This document shows positions 49,145 through 60,400 of a stretch of DNA of 64,000 nt, piece after piece. The translations under genes and the position numbers were made by a program. The notes under the pieces are model-generated. The model was given only the letters and a program-made list of their open reading frames with translations, was not told the DNA's origin and did no database searches. Location of the stretch: NCBI GenBank assembly GCA_030432695.1, contig JAUILN010000016.1, positions 113,178 through 177,177 of the forward strand, in the 5' to 3' direction. The stretch's first letter is position 1, and every line of letters starts with the position of its first letter. Source of the stretch: a bacterium. Lineage in GTDB: Bacteria > Planctomycetota > UBA1135 > UBA2386.

Positions 49145-49211
49145 CCGACGGGCGCGTGAGAAAATCGCGACCGCGCGTCGCACGCCGGACGCCTCACGCA
49201 TACCCCGGTCG

Positions 49212-52200
49212 ATGAACGCCTCCCGAGACCTCGATTCCCGCTTCTCCGAGTTCGTCGCCACCGGTGATTCCAAGCCGCTCGGCGACGTCTTCGACGCCAC
49301 TGCCGACGACCTCTACCGGCTGGCGCTGCACCTCTGTGGCGCGCCGGCCACCGCCGAGGACCTGGTCCAGGCGACCTGGCTGAAGGCGATCCAGGGCGCC
49401 GACACCTTCGCGCCCGGCAGCCCGGTGAAGCCCTGGCTCACCGGCATCCTGCACAACGAGGCGCGGATGCACTTCCGCCGCGAGAAGGTGCGGAGCCGGC
49501 CGTTGGAGCGCACCGAGCCGGCCGCCGACCCCAGCGTCGAAGCCGAACGCAGGGAACTCATCGAGGCCCTCGACGCGGGCATCGCCGACCTGCCCGAGCC
49601 CTACGGCCCGGTGGTCCGCCTCCACCTCCGTCACGGCCTGAACGCCAACGCCATCGGCGAGGCGCTCGGGCGGCCGGCGGGCACGGTGCGCACCCAGCTC
49701 GTCCGTGGCCTCGACCGACTGCGCGCGATCCTGCCGGCGAGCCTGGCGGGCGTCGCCGCGGCGCTGGCACTCCCGACCCGCGGGATGGCCGCGGTGCGGA
49801 CCTCGGTGCTCGATTCGGCGGCCGCTGCGAAGGCCGTGGGTGCCAGCAGCACCGGCCTGGCAGGCGCCACCACCCTGTGGCGCGCGCTCGCGGCGCTCGC
49901 CGCGCTGGTGGCGGTCACCACCGGCGTGCTGCTGTGGGAACCGTGGAACGGCGCGGCTCCGGCGCAGGCTCCGACCGACCCACGCGTCGCCGCGGTGCAC
50001 CTCGGCGACGCCGAAGCACCCTCCACGACCGACGCGACGCTTCCCGAAGTGCGCCGCGAAGTCCCCACCGAGGTCTCGGCGCCCGCACCGGCCGCCGATC
50101 CGAGCCAGGCGACACTGCGACTCTCGGGCCGCGTGGCGAGCGCGACCGGCACCCCGATCCCCGACGCCGAGGTCTTCGCGTTCCGTCACCGCGCCTCGGT
50201 CCTGCTCGACGGTTCCTTCGAGCACGAACCGCTGGCGAGCGCTCGCAGCGACGCGGACGGTCGCTTCACCCTCGACACCGACCGCGGCAGCTTCGAGCTG
50301 TTCGCGCGCGCCGCGGGCTGGGCCCAACTCACCGCGGTCCGCGGCACCGGCGACGCGGCGCTCGACGAGTACGACAGCGCCCGCATCGTGATGGCGCCGG
50401 CGATCACCATTCATGGCCAGGTCGTGGCACCCGACGGCCAGGCGATTCCCGCACAGCAGGTCGAGCTGTCGAGCAGCTACGGCACCAGCGCGAGCCTGCG
50501 CCAGGATCATCCGAGCGTGCTGCTCAGCGGCGCCGGCCGGTTCCAGGCGAAGACCGACGACACCGGCGCGTTCGAGTTCGTCGGACCAGAGGGAGCCCGG
50601 CTCTGGACCAGCGTCGAACACCCCGACTACCTCGGCTACGGCGAGAGTCATGAGCTGTCGTCGACGGAGCTGCTGCGGATCACCCTCGAGCGAGGCGACG
50701 AGATCCACGGCCGCGCCTTCCTCGCCAACGGCCGGCCCGCGGGTGGCGCCGAGGTCCGCCTGGACTCGGCGACCTACCGCAAGACCGTCGCCGACGCGCA
50801 GGGCCGCTTCTCGATCCGCGGAGTCGATCTCGGTGACGACCCGGAGCGCGGCTACCTGTCGGTGAAGCATCCCGAGGCGGCGGCGTTCTGCCTCAGCCCG
50901 ATCCCGGCGCGGCACCACGACCTGACCCTTCGCCTGCAGGCGCCGCGCACGCTCGCCGGACGGGTGGTCGACGAGGACGACCGACCGGTCGCAGGCGCGG
51001 TGCTGCGGGTCGTCGGCCAGCACCTGGTCACCCCCAACGCGATGCACATGGAGCCGACCACCTGGGAGTGGGCGCAGGGTATCGAGAAGACCGAGACCGA
51101 CGCCGAGGGCCGGTTCGCGTTCCAGCGCCTGAACGAGGGGCGCTACACGTTGCAGGCGGCACTCGAGAACCTGTCGGAGGGCGTGATCGAGACGCAGGTC
51201 GCCGCCGGGCAGACCGACGTCGTGGTCCGGATCACCGCCGCCGCGATCCGTAAGGCGGTGCTGACCGGCACCATCACCAGCGCCGCCGACGGGACGCCGC
51301 TCGCCGACGCCGACGTCGCGGTCTATCCGGCCGGCGGCGGGATGCGGCGCGAGGTCCGGACCGACGCCGAAGGCCGCTTCGAGCTGAGCGGCTTCGAGCC
51401 GGGCGACTACTCGGTCAACACTACGGCAGAAGGCTTCGCGAAGCGCAGTCAGGTCGCCTCCCTGGCGCTCGGTGACAACCCGCTGGAGATCGCGCTGGTC
51501 CGCGCGGTCGACGTCACGGTCCGGGTGCTGCGCGCCGACGGCAAGCCGTGGCCGAGCGGTCATGCCGGCCTGGACGACGCCCGGGGACGCAGCGTGTTCT
51601 TCCAGGTCGGCGCGATGGGCATGAACCGCCTCGAACTCGAGGAGGGCGGCACCGTGCGCTTCGACGACGCACCCGCCGAGCTGGTCACGCTGCGCGTCGC
51701 GCCGACCAACGACGACGAGTTCCGCCTGCCGCTCGACCTGACGCACGTGCAGGACGGCGAGGTCATCGCGGTGCGCGGCGGCGCGGTCGTCCCCGCGGTG
51801 CGCGTGTCGATCGGCGTCGGCGTCGCGACCGGCGAGGTGGGCGAGCTGGATCCCACGACCATCGAAGGCAAGCGGCGCATGCTGCAACAGCTCCAGGAGG
51901 GCCTCCTCACCTCGCCCGCGACGGAGATCACCGTCACGCTGCTCGACCTCCAGGGCCGCGAGCTGAGCCGCGGCACCGCCACCCCGGTGGACTGGAACGA
52001 CGTCGCCGACCCCGAGCAGTGGCAGCGCGAACGCGCGATGGGCTTCCGACCGTTCCGCTCCGAGAGCCGTTGGCGCGGTGGCTCGATGTCCGCGAGCGCG
52101 ATGCCGACCCCCCTGCCGGGCTTCGACCTGCGCGGGCGCGCCGAGCCGATGCTTCTGCGGGTCGAGGCGGAGGGCTTCGAGACGGTGGAGCAGCGGATCG

Positions 52201-52271
52201 ACGGCACGACGCTGGCGCCGTTCGACGAGCCGTCGCGGATCCGGCCGCGGTTCGTGCTGCTGCGAGAGTGA
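49212..52271 (+). CDS. ECF sigma factor fused to a TM helix and carboxypeptidase-regulatory-like repeats
   Basis: AEDLVQATWL, PWLTGIL.N, LGRPAGTVRTQLVRG; TM; repeated GRVVDxxG/TDAxGRF. Confidence 0.9.
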   Translation: MNASRDLDSRFSEFVATGDSKPLGDVFDATADDLYRLALHLCGAPATAEDLVQATWLKAIQGADTFAPGSPVKPWLTGILHNEARMHFRREKVRSRPLERTEPAADPSVEAERRELIEALDAGIADLPEPYGPVVRLHLRHGLNANAIGEALGRPAGTVRTQLVRGLDRLRAILPASLAGVAAALALPTRGMAAVRTSVLDSAAAAKAVGASSTGLAGATTLWRALAALAALVAVTTGVLLWEPWNGAAPAQAPTDPRVAAVHLGDAEAPSTTDATLPEVRREVPTEVSAPAPAADPSQATLRLSGRVASATGTPIPDAEVFAFRHRASVLLDGSFEHEPLASARSDADGRFTLDTDRGSFELFARAAGWAQLTAVRGTGDAALDEYDSARIVMAPAITIHGQVVAPDGQAIPAQQVELSSSYGTSASLRQDHPSVLLSGAGRFQAKTDDTGAFEFVGPEGARLWTSVEHPDYLGYGESHELSSTELLRITLERGDEIHGRAFLANGRPAGGAEVRLDSATYRKTVADAQGRFSIRGVDLGDDPERGYLSVKHPEAAAFCLSPIPARHHDLTLRLQAPRTLAGRVVDEDDRPVAGAVLRVVGQHLVTPNAMHMEPTTWEWAQGIEKTETDAEGRFAFQRLNEGRYTLQAALENLSEGVIETQVAAGQTDVVVRITAAAIRKAVLTGTITSAADGTPLADADVAVYPAGGGMRREVRTDAEGRFELSGFEPGDYSVNTTAEGFAKRSQVASLALGDNPLEIALVRAVDVTVRVLRADGKPWPSGHAGLDDARGRSVFFQVGAMGMNRLELEEGGTVRFDDAPAELVTLRVAPTNDDEFRLPLDLTHVQDGEVIAVRGGAVVPAVRVSIGVGVATGEVGELDPTTIEGKRRMLQQLQEGLLTSPATEITVTLLDLQGRELSRGTATPVDWNDVADPEQWQRERAMGFRPFRSESRWRGGSMSASAMPTPLPGFDLRGRAEPMLLRVEAEGFETVEQRIDGTTLAPFDEPSRIRPRFVLLRE

Positions 52272-52400
52272 ATCCCGCCGAGCATCGGGTCGAGCGAGGA
52301 GCCGCACCTCGAAGTCGAGGGCGCGGCGTCTCGCCAGCACCAGCGGCTCTGCGCCGCCCTGATCGCGGAGTCGGCGCGGCCGAGCAGTCACCCAGCGGGC

Positions 52401-53804
52401 TCAGCCGCCGACCACGACCTGCAGCCCACCGCCGATCTCCACGCCGAGCGGCTGCGCGGAGTCGACCGCCACCACCTGCGCGGTGAGCCGACCACCCACC
52501 AACGAGGGATCGGCCGGAACTTCGAGCCAACCCGCCCACGAGCCGATCGCGTTCGCGGTGCCCGCGAGGCTCCCACCCGACGCGCCGACGCCGACGTGGA
52601 TCGAGCAGGCCGCGCCCGGAACGGTGACGGGCGCATGGTGACCGACCGTCAGCACCACGTGCAGCGGCTGCGCTGCGGCAGCTCCGGTGACGACCATCGA
52701 CCACAGGTGACCGGTCCGCGGCCAGCTGGCGTGCAGCCCGATTGCCGAGCAGCTGTTCCCCACCTCGCTCGACGAGCCCGCCGCGGTGCCACCGCCCGTC
52801 GGATCGAGCCGGACCGGCACCGTGGCGCCGCCGCTGCGCCTCGCACGACCGCAGAGCTGTCCGACCTCGTTGATGCCCGAGACCGCGAGCACGCTCCATC
52901 CGCTGCTACCGCCCAACAACGAGTCGACCGTCACCAGCGCCGCGCCGCCGAACGAGATCACCCCGACCGGATCGCTCTGGGTGCTTGCCTGCCGGATCGC
53001 CACCACCGTCCCGCGTGAGTCCACTCCGGTGACGGTGCCGAAACGCGAGATGCTGCCGAGGTTGTCCAGGCGTCCTGTCGACGGGTCGAAGCGGAACGCG
53101 TAGCTCGGCGAACCCGAGGCATCCGACATCTCCCCGGCGATCCAGCCATTGCCGCTGACCGCCGTGGCACGACCGATCGGCGCGCTCGCGGGCAGGGGCA
53201 CGAACTGCAGCGCGCCCGTCGGGTCGGTGTAGAACGCCCGGTTGGCGCCGAGTGTGCCGACCACCCAACCGCTCGCCGTCCACGCCAACACGTTGCCCGA
53301 AGTGCCGGGCTGCACCGACCGCATCGTCCCACCGGCCGCGACGACCATCGCCTCTGGCGTGAACGCCGACCCGTCGGCCTGGCCGCCGACGTTGCCGAAG
53401 TCGTCGATGCAGAATGCCTCGCTGCGCCCACCGGCGCGGAGCACGCCGAGGTCCTGCATACCGCTCCCCGGCGTGAACACGCAGGCCCGCCCCGGCTGCT
53501 CGATCGGCGCGTTCCACGAACTGCCGACGATCTGGCCGGCCTCGTTGATCGCCCGCGCCGAGGCCTGGGCCGCACCCGGCAGCACGCCGGGGTCCGACCA
53601 GGAACCGGTGGCGGCGTCATGGACGAAGGCGTGGGTCTGGTTCGCGGTCCGGTACCAGCCGACGACCTGGCCGCGGTCGTTGAGGTCCTGGGGTCGTCCG
53701 TCCGGGATGCCGAGGTCGACGACGGTGAAGCCGGACTGCGCCGGAACGGCCGCCGCGAAGACGAGGCCGACCGCGAGACTGCGGAAGGTGAGGGAGCTGC
53801 GCAT
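52401..53804 (-). CDS. Secreted HAF-repeat protein with C-terminal domain
   Basis: Signal peptide ...AVPA-Q; LNDRGQVVG...HAF, ARAINEAGQIVG, MQDLGVL. Confidence 0.85.
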   Translation of the reverse strand: MRSSLTFRSLAVGLVFAAAVPAQSGFTVVDLGIPDGRPQDLNDRGQVVGWYRTANQTHAFVHDAATGSWSDPGVLPGAAQASARAINEAGQIVGSSWNAPIEQPGRACVFTPGSGMQDLGVLRAGGRSEAFCIDDFGNVGGQADGSAFTPEAMVVAAGGTMRSVQPGTSGNVLAWTASGWVVGTLGANRAFYTDPTGALQFVPLPASAPIGRATAVSGNGWIAGEMSDASGSPSYAFRFDPSTGRLDNLGSISRFGTVTGVDSRGTVVAIRQASTQSDPVGVISFGGAALVTVDSLLGGSSGWSVLAVSGINEVGQLCGRARRSGGATVPVRLDPTGGGTAAGSSSEVGNSCSAIGLHASWPRTGHLWSMVVTGAAAAQPLHVVLTVGHHAPVTVPGAACSIHVGVGASGGSLAGTANAIGSWAGWLEVPADPSLVGGRLTAQVVAVDSAQPLGVEIGGGLQVVVGG

Positions 53805-53911
53805 GCCGATCCGGAGTCAACCTGCATGCCGACACGAGTCGGAGCCCCGTCCGTCCAGGATCCACACGCCGATCGAGTCGGCGGTGCGGATCGCGGACGC
53901 GACCCGGCTGG

Positions 53912-55801
53912 TCAGCGCGCGAACACCTCGACCTCGCAGAGGCGGCTGAAGGCCGGGAACGTCAACCCGTGGCAACCGCGGGTTTCGATCTGCACGAAGC
54001 GGACCTTCCGCGGCTCGAAGCGATGGGCGACGAAGGACTGCTCGCCGCGCGACTGTGGCGTGGTGGTGCCGACGTCGAGGTAGCTCGCGCCATCGGCCGA
54101 GACCCGCAGCGTGTAGAGCTCGTGACTCCCGCCGACCGCGGTCTCGTGGACCACGATCCGGCTCACGCCGCGCGGCTCGCCGAGGTCGATGGTGATCCGC
54201 AGCGGCTCGGGGTTGGTGGGAAAGCCGAGGAAGTGGTCGAAGCGGTCGGTGACGCCATTGGTCAAGCGCCAGGGCCCGAACACAGGCTGGCTCCCGCCCG
54301 TCGACGCGAGCACGCCGGCGCCGAGCGCCAGATTCTCGCCGACTGCATCGGCCGCGGCGCGCACATCGGGGGCGAGCGGGATGCCGGTCAACGAGGTCTC
54401 GAGCAACGTCTCGAGTCGCGGGCGGAGCTCCAGCCAACGTCGCTCGAAGTCGGCGAAGCCCGGTTCCGCATCACCGCTCCAGGCCCTCGCGTTCACCGCC
54501 GCGAGCCGCGGCACGCACAGCGCCAGCAGATTGTCCTCGCGCCCTTCCCACCACGGCATGCAGAAGCCCAGGATCCCCTCGGCGGAGCCGGTCACGTGCG
54601 GCTTCACGAAGGTCGGCATCCCGTCGTTCACCTGGCCGAAGCGCCGCGGATCCCAGCCGTAGCAGCGTTCGAGCGCCACCGCAGTGAACATCGTCCGCGG
54701 GTAGTGGTCGACGACGTACAGCGGATCCCAGGCCGCGTTCACCACCTGGTAGCCGGCGTCGAGCATCTGTTGGGCCGGGAACAGCACCGTCTCCCAGTTC
54801 ACGTGCAGCACGTCGGTGTCGACCTTGTGCTCGCCTGCGCCGAGCGACGGACCTTCCCAGACCACCATCCGCCGCCCGGTCGACCTCACGAAGCGATTCA
54901 GCCGGTTGAGGAAGTCGCGCTGTGCATCCTCGGGCACGCCATAGGCCTCGTCACCACCGACGTGCACGTAGGGCGTCGCCCGGAACACCTCGAGCATCTC
55001 GGCCAGCAGGCGCTCCACGCCGCGGGTCGCCTCGGGCTTCGTCGCCAGATCGGTCGTCGACTCGCCGAACACCTCCGGATACTCGCGTCGCAGGATCGTC
55101 GAGTGCCCCGGCACGTCGAGCTCGGGGATGATCGTGACGCCTCGCGCCTGGGCGTAGGCCTCGAGCGCCACGAAGTCGTCGCGCGTCCAGCCGGCCCGCG
55201 CGCTCCGCAGCTTCGGGAAGGCCTGCGACGGCCAGGAGAACAGCTGGTCGTCGGTGAGGTGGAGCTGCAGGTAGCGGACCTTCAGCAGCCACAGCGCGTC
55301 GACCACCTTGCGCAGGGTCTCCAGACGGTGCGGGTTGCGGCCCATGTCGACCATGAAGCAGCGGAAATCGAACCCGGGCGCGTCGTCGATCGCCACCTGC
55401 GGCCACAGCGCCGCGCCGTCGTCGATCTTCACCAGTTGCAGCAAGCTCGCGGCGGCGCGCGCGACGCCTGCTCCGCTCGCGGCGATCCGGAGCTGCTCGC
55501 CGACCACGTCGATCCTGTAACCCTCGGCGCGGTCGTCCGACTCCTCACCGCGCGGCGCGGCGAACACCAGCGACGCAGCTTCCGGCGCGACCATCGCCGC
55601 GTCGGCGACTCCGAGCCGACGCAGGGCCTCGACCAAGGCCTCGACCGTGGCCCGACTCGCCGGGTCGGTGCAGGCGACCCCCGCGCCGGCCACGGTCTCC
55701 GACCCGATGCTCATCGAACGTGGCTGCGGGACGACCTGGGCGACGAGTGGGAACCAGGGTGCGAACGACGTCAGCGCCAACAGGAAGAGGGCTCGGGACA
55801 T
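53912..55801 (-). CDS. GH20 beta-N-acetylhexosaminidase with C-terminal discoidin (F5/8-C)-like domain
   Basis: MVDMGRN, LHLTDDQ, IIPELDVPGH, HVGGDE; own signal peptide and TATGGT 6 nt upstream. Confidence 0.92.
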   Translation of the reverse strand: MSRALFLLALTSFAPWFPLVAQVVPQPRSMSIGSETVAGAGVACTDPASRATVEALVEALRRLGVADAAMVAPEAASLVFAAPRGEESDDRAEGYRIDVVGEQLRIAASGAGVARAAASLLQLVKIDDGAALWPQVAIDDAPGFDFRCFMVDMGRNPHRLETLRKVVDALWLLKVRYLQLHLTDDQLFSWPSQAFPKLRSARAGWTRDDFVALEAYAQARGVTIIPELDVPGHSTILRREYPEVFGESTTDLATKPEATRGVERLLAEMLEVFRATPYVHVGGDEAYGVPEDAQRDFLNRLNRFVRSTGRRMVVWEGPSLGAGEHKVDTDVLHVNWETVLFPAQQMLDAGYQVVNAAWDPLYVVDHYPRTMFTAVALERCYGWDPRRFGQVNDGMPTFVKPHVTGSAEGILGFCMPWWEGREDNLLALCVPRLAAVNARAWSGDAEPGFADFERRWLELRPRLETLLETSLTGIPLAPDVRAAADAVGENLALGAGVLASTGGSQPVFGPWRLTNGVTDRFDHFLGFPTNPEPLRITIDLGEPRGVSRIVVHETAVGGSHELYTLRVSADGASYLDVGTTTPQSRGEQSFVAHRFEPRKVRFVQIETRGCHGLTFPAFSRLCEVEVFAR

Positions 55802-55813
55802 CCCCGGACCATA

Positions 55814-57303
55814 GCGAGCCCCGCCCGGTTCAGCGCAGAAGGTGCCGCTCGAGTCGACGGCCGGCCGGATGCCCTGCTGCTCGGGGAGCCCGAGGTCGAG
55901 GTGCAGGCGCAACCCGCGCGGGAACCCGACTGCCTCCCAGTCGATGCGGAGATCCACGTCGATCGGCGGCAGCACGGCGACCCGCGCGTCACGCCGCAGG
56001 CCGGCCAGCCGCGCGAGCCGCCGCTCGGGCACGTTCACCACCAGGTCACAGCCGTCGTCCGTGGTCGCGACGACGAACCGCGGGCCGAGCACCGACGGAC
56101 CAGGGTGAGGCGCACCGCCGACCGTGGCGCCGTGGACCACGAGGTACTCCCCGAGGTCGTTGCCCTGTTCGTCGACCACCTGCACCTGCAGGAACCGTGC
56201 TCCTACGTCGAGCGACAGCGCGTCGAGGCCAGGGTGCTGCGCCGGTCCGCCGGAGGGCACTTCGACGCCGTCCAGACGCGCCAGCACTTCGCCGGTGAAG
56301 CTGCTGGCCACCTGCAGGTCGTAGGTCCCTGGCTGCACGCCAAAGGCCTCGAAGCGGCCGTCGGCGGACACCGGGATCGAGCCGAGCACGATCCGACCCG
56401 CTACGAGCCCGTCGACCGTCAACGTCCCGTAGGGCAGGTCGAGCGGTCCATCGATCCGGCCCTGCAGCCGACCGGGCGGCAGCGCACCGACGACCACTCC
56501 CTCCGCGCCCGACCGGAACCGGGTCTTCCGACCCACCAGCCGGCCCTGGTCGGCAGGCGACACCTGTAGCTCGTCGCAGACGGTCCACAGCGCCACGTCG
56601 AACCTGCCGCGCTCGTCGGCGTGCAGCGAGCGGCACCACACAAGGTACTCGTCTCCCTGCGCGTCGCGGCTCCCGGTCGGTTCGAGAAGTGCCAGCGAGG
56701 CGTTGGCGACCGGCCGGCCCTCGGGGTCGAGCACCTCGCCCGCCACCACGCGCGGCGCGGGAGCGAGCGCGACGCTGCCCAACTCGAGCGAGCCGTCGGC
56801 CGCCGGCACCAGCGGTCGCGACACCCAGGCCCCGAACTCGCGGTCCGCGGTGGCGATCAGGAAGCGACCGACTCCCTGCAGCAGCTCCGCCGGCAAGCGC
56901 ATCTCGAAGTTCCCGTCCGGCGCGACCTCGAGGCGGTATTGCCCGAGCTGCGGCCCGGAGTCGTCGCGCTCGCGCTGCAGCCACGCGAAGTCACGGATCG
57001 CCAGACCTGCCAGGTCCTCGTCGGCGCGGCGTCGGATCACGCGTGCCGCCGCCGCGCCCGGTTGGCCAGGATGCCCAGCAACCACGGCAGCACCGGCTCG
57101 CCCGGAGCGAACCCCTCGCGGTCCTCGATCGCCGCGAGGAAGGTGTTCTGCACCAGGTCGTCGGCCTCCTCGGCGGTGCCCACGAGGTGCCGCGCCACCC
57201 GCCGCAGCTCGACCGCCGTGGCGTCGAAGACGTCGGCGAGGTCGGCGGGCCGGCCGGTCGCGCGGAAGCGGACGAAGGCGTGGTCGTGGGATTCGAGGGT
57301 CAT
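55814..57303 (-). pseudogene. Internally deleted ECF-sigma/carboxypeptidase-regulatory fusion gene
   Basis: 57303-57037 encodes sigma region 2 (ADDLVQNTFLAAI...PWLLGILAN) then stops; the downstream frame holds GEVLDPEGRPV repeats and has no stop before GH20. Confidence 0.75.
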
Positions 57304-57452
57304 CGTGCCGGGTCTGCGCCCGGGAAGTGCCGAGCGAGACGGCGAGTCGAAGAAAGCCGGACCGGGCGCCGGTCCTGTATCGCGGCGGCGCGCCGGAGCA
57401 TATTCCCGCGAGTTCCGGTGACACCCCGTCGGTCCCGGGCCCAGCCACCTGC

Positions 57453-60400
57453 GTGAACCGATCCCCCGAAGACCTGCAGTTCGAACGCTTCCGCCGGCTC
57501 GGCGACGTCGCCGCCCTGGCGGCGGTGTTCGATGCGACGAGTCCCGAGCTCGCCCGGGTCGCGCGCCACCTGTGCCGCGACTCCGCGTCGGCCGAGGACG
57601 CGGTGCAGTCGACCTTCCTCGCCGCGATCGACCAGCACGACGACTGGGACGAGTCGCAGCCCTTGCTGCCCTGGCTGCTCGGCGTGCTGACCAACCGGGT
57701 CCGGGAGCAGCGGCGTCGCGACGGCCGCAGACTCGACGCCGAGCGGGTCCCGCTGCCGGCCGCCGCCGAGGATCCCGTTGCCGCCGCGGGTCGCAGCGAG
57801 GTGAGCACCGCGGTGCGGACCGCGCTGGGCGACGTCGAACCACCCTACCGCGACGTCCTCGAGCGCCGCTTGCTCGGTCTGCAGAGCAGCGAGGAGATCG
57901 CCCGCGAACTGGGGATCGCCGCCGGAACGGTGCGCATGCGCCTGCACCGTGGACTCGACCGGCTGCGGCGACGCCTGCCCGCGGGCCTCGCGCCGAGCAC
58001 CGGGCTGATGCTGCCGCTCGGCCTGTCCGGGGAGGCGATGGCGCGCGTGCGGGACGCGGTCCTCACCACCGCGACGTCGAGGACGGTCGCGACCGCCGGG
58101 GCGGGATCGGCGTCGGCGCTCCCGGGGGTGGCACTCCTCGGATGGCTCGCCATGCACAAGACCTGGCTGTTCGCGGTCGCCGCGAGCCTCGTCGTGGTCA
58201 CGGCCCTGCTCCTGCCGCTGCCGTGGTCCTCCGCCGACGCGCCCACCGCGCACGAGGCACCGTCGGCCGCCGTGGTCGCACGGACCGCACCGGGACAGGA
58301 GAGCACCGCGGAACACGGATCGCGCGCCCCGGACCTCGACCGTCGCGAGGTCGACACTCCACCCGACGTCGACGAGATCCCCGGAAGCCTCGCGCTGACC
58401 GTCCGCGGTGACGGCACACCGATCGCCGATCTCCGCATCGAGATCGTTCCCGTCGAGGCGATGCCGTACGGCGACGCGCTGGCCGCGGGTGAGACCGACG
58501 CGGCGGGCGGGTTCGTCGCCGAGTTGGCGGCGGGCACCTTCGCGGTCCGCATCCCCGCGCTCGACGAACCGCACGTCACGACCGTCGAAGTCACCGCCGG
58601 TGAACGACTCGCCGCGGATCTCGAGCTGCCGGTCCGCACCCGCGCGGACGTCACGGTGGTCGACCCCGAGGGCCGGCCGGTGCCGGGCGCGCTGATCACC
58701 GGCCACACCGCGGCGCAGCGCTGGAGCCGGGTCGCACGCGCGCTCGGCCGGACCGATGACGAGGGTCACTGGCGACGCACGTTCGTCGACCGGGTGTCCC
58801 GGATCCGCGCGCTCGCCGCGGGGCACGTCCAATCGGACGTCCAATGGAGCCTCGACGCACCGGTCACCCTCGTCGTCGGCGCCGCCTCCGGCCGACTGGT
58901 CGGCGTCGTCCGCGACGAGACCGGCGCCCCGGTGCCCAACGCCGAGATCGCGCTGGTGACCGCGCGCGAGAAGCACCTCCGTGCCGAACCTCGCTGGATC
59001 CGCGCCGACGACGCCGGACGGTTCCACGACGACCATCTGCCGCCGGGAACCGTCACGCTCGTGTCGTCCCGACTCGTCGAGCAGGACAGGGTCACCTTCC
59101 CCCGCTTCACCCGCCTCGACGTCGAGATCGCGGCCGGCGAGGCGACGCGGGCGGAGCTGCGCTTCGGCGACGGCACCGGCTCGGTCCGCGCAACGGTCCG
59201 GAGCGCGAATGGCGTGCCGGTTCCCGCGGCGCCGATCTCGCTGGTCTACGTCGGCCGCGACCTGCCGTCGGTCGTCGGTGGAACGCCGCAGGCGTACGCG
59301 AACGCCGACTCCAACGGTGAAGCGCGGTTCACCGGCCTGATGCCCGGGGCGTACCGACTGCAGTGCCCGCTCGACGGCCAGCAGGTCACGTGCGACTTCG
59401 CGGTCGTCGCCAACACGACCGTCGAGATCAGCGCCTCGCTCGTGGCGACGAGCCCGCTCACCTGCCGCGTCCTCGATGCAGAACGCCGACCGCTGCCGGG
59501 CATCCTGCTGAGCCTCGCCTCCGCACGCTCCCCCCAGGCGCAGGAGCTTCGCTCCGATACCCACGGCCTGGTCCGGTTCGAAGACGTGCCGCACGGCGAA
59601 CACGGGCTCCGGGTGTTTGCGGCTCGCCAAGCCGACGAACGTCCCCGAGCGGCACTCATGACCCGCTCGGTCTCGATCACCGGACCGTCGAACGAGGAGA
59701 TCGTCGTCGACCTCGACATCCTGGCGAGCGTCTCGGGCCGGGTGACGACCGATGGTCGCGTGCCGTTGGAAGGCATCGAAGCGCGGCTCATGCGGCAAGC
59801 GGACAGCGCCACCTTCCGGGCCCCGGTCGAGTTGGACGCGTTCGACTCGGCACGCTTCACGTTCCCGAGCGTGCCACCCGGCCACTGGGTCCTCGGTCTG
59901 TATGGCGGCGAGGAGAACCTGGCTGCCCGATCCGTCGACGTGCCCGGCCGCACCCCCGTCGACCTCGGCACCCTGGCGCTCGGCACGGGAACCACCGAAC
60001 TCGAGCTGTCGCGCAGCGACGCCGTGCCGGTCGACGACGCCATCGTGCTGGTCCGCTTCGGGACCGCGCCGCTCCGCGAGATCCCGAACCCACCCCAGTC
60101 GAACCGGATCCGACTGGCTGATCGGCCGGCACTCGAAGTGGACGAAGCGCTGGTCTGGGGCTCTTCGGTCGCACCGACCCCGATCGAGCTGCGCATCGTG
60201 CCCGGCGAAACCCTGCGCATCCCGGTGACCCTGGCACCCGCGACTCCCACGACGCTGCGGATGCCGGTGGGCGTCGGCCGCGGCACGCTCACCTGGACCC
60301 GTGACGGCGCACCCTTCGTGATCGAGAGCGTCGCGGGCTTCGTGACGCTGAGCCGCGGACTCCCCGTCGGCCGCTACCAAGCGAGCTTCGAAGAGAAGCA

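Noticed and set aside
53912-57808. 1298-aa ORF as one real protein
   Set aside because: Its N-terminus is antisense or off-frame to ECF genes, and GH20 has its own start signals.
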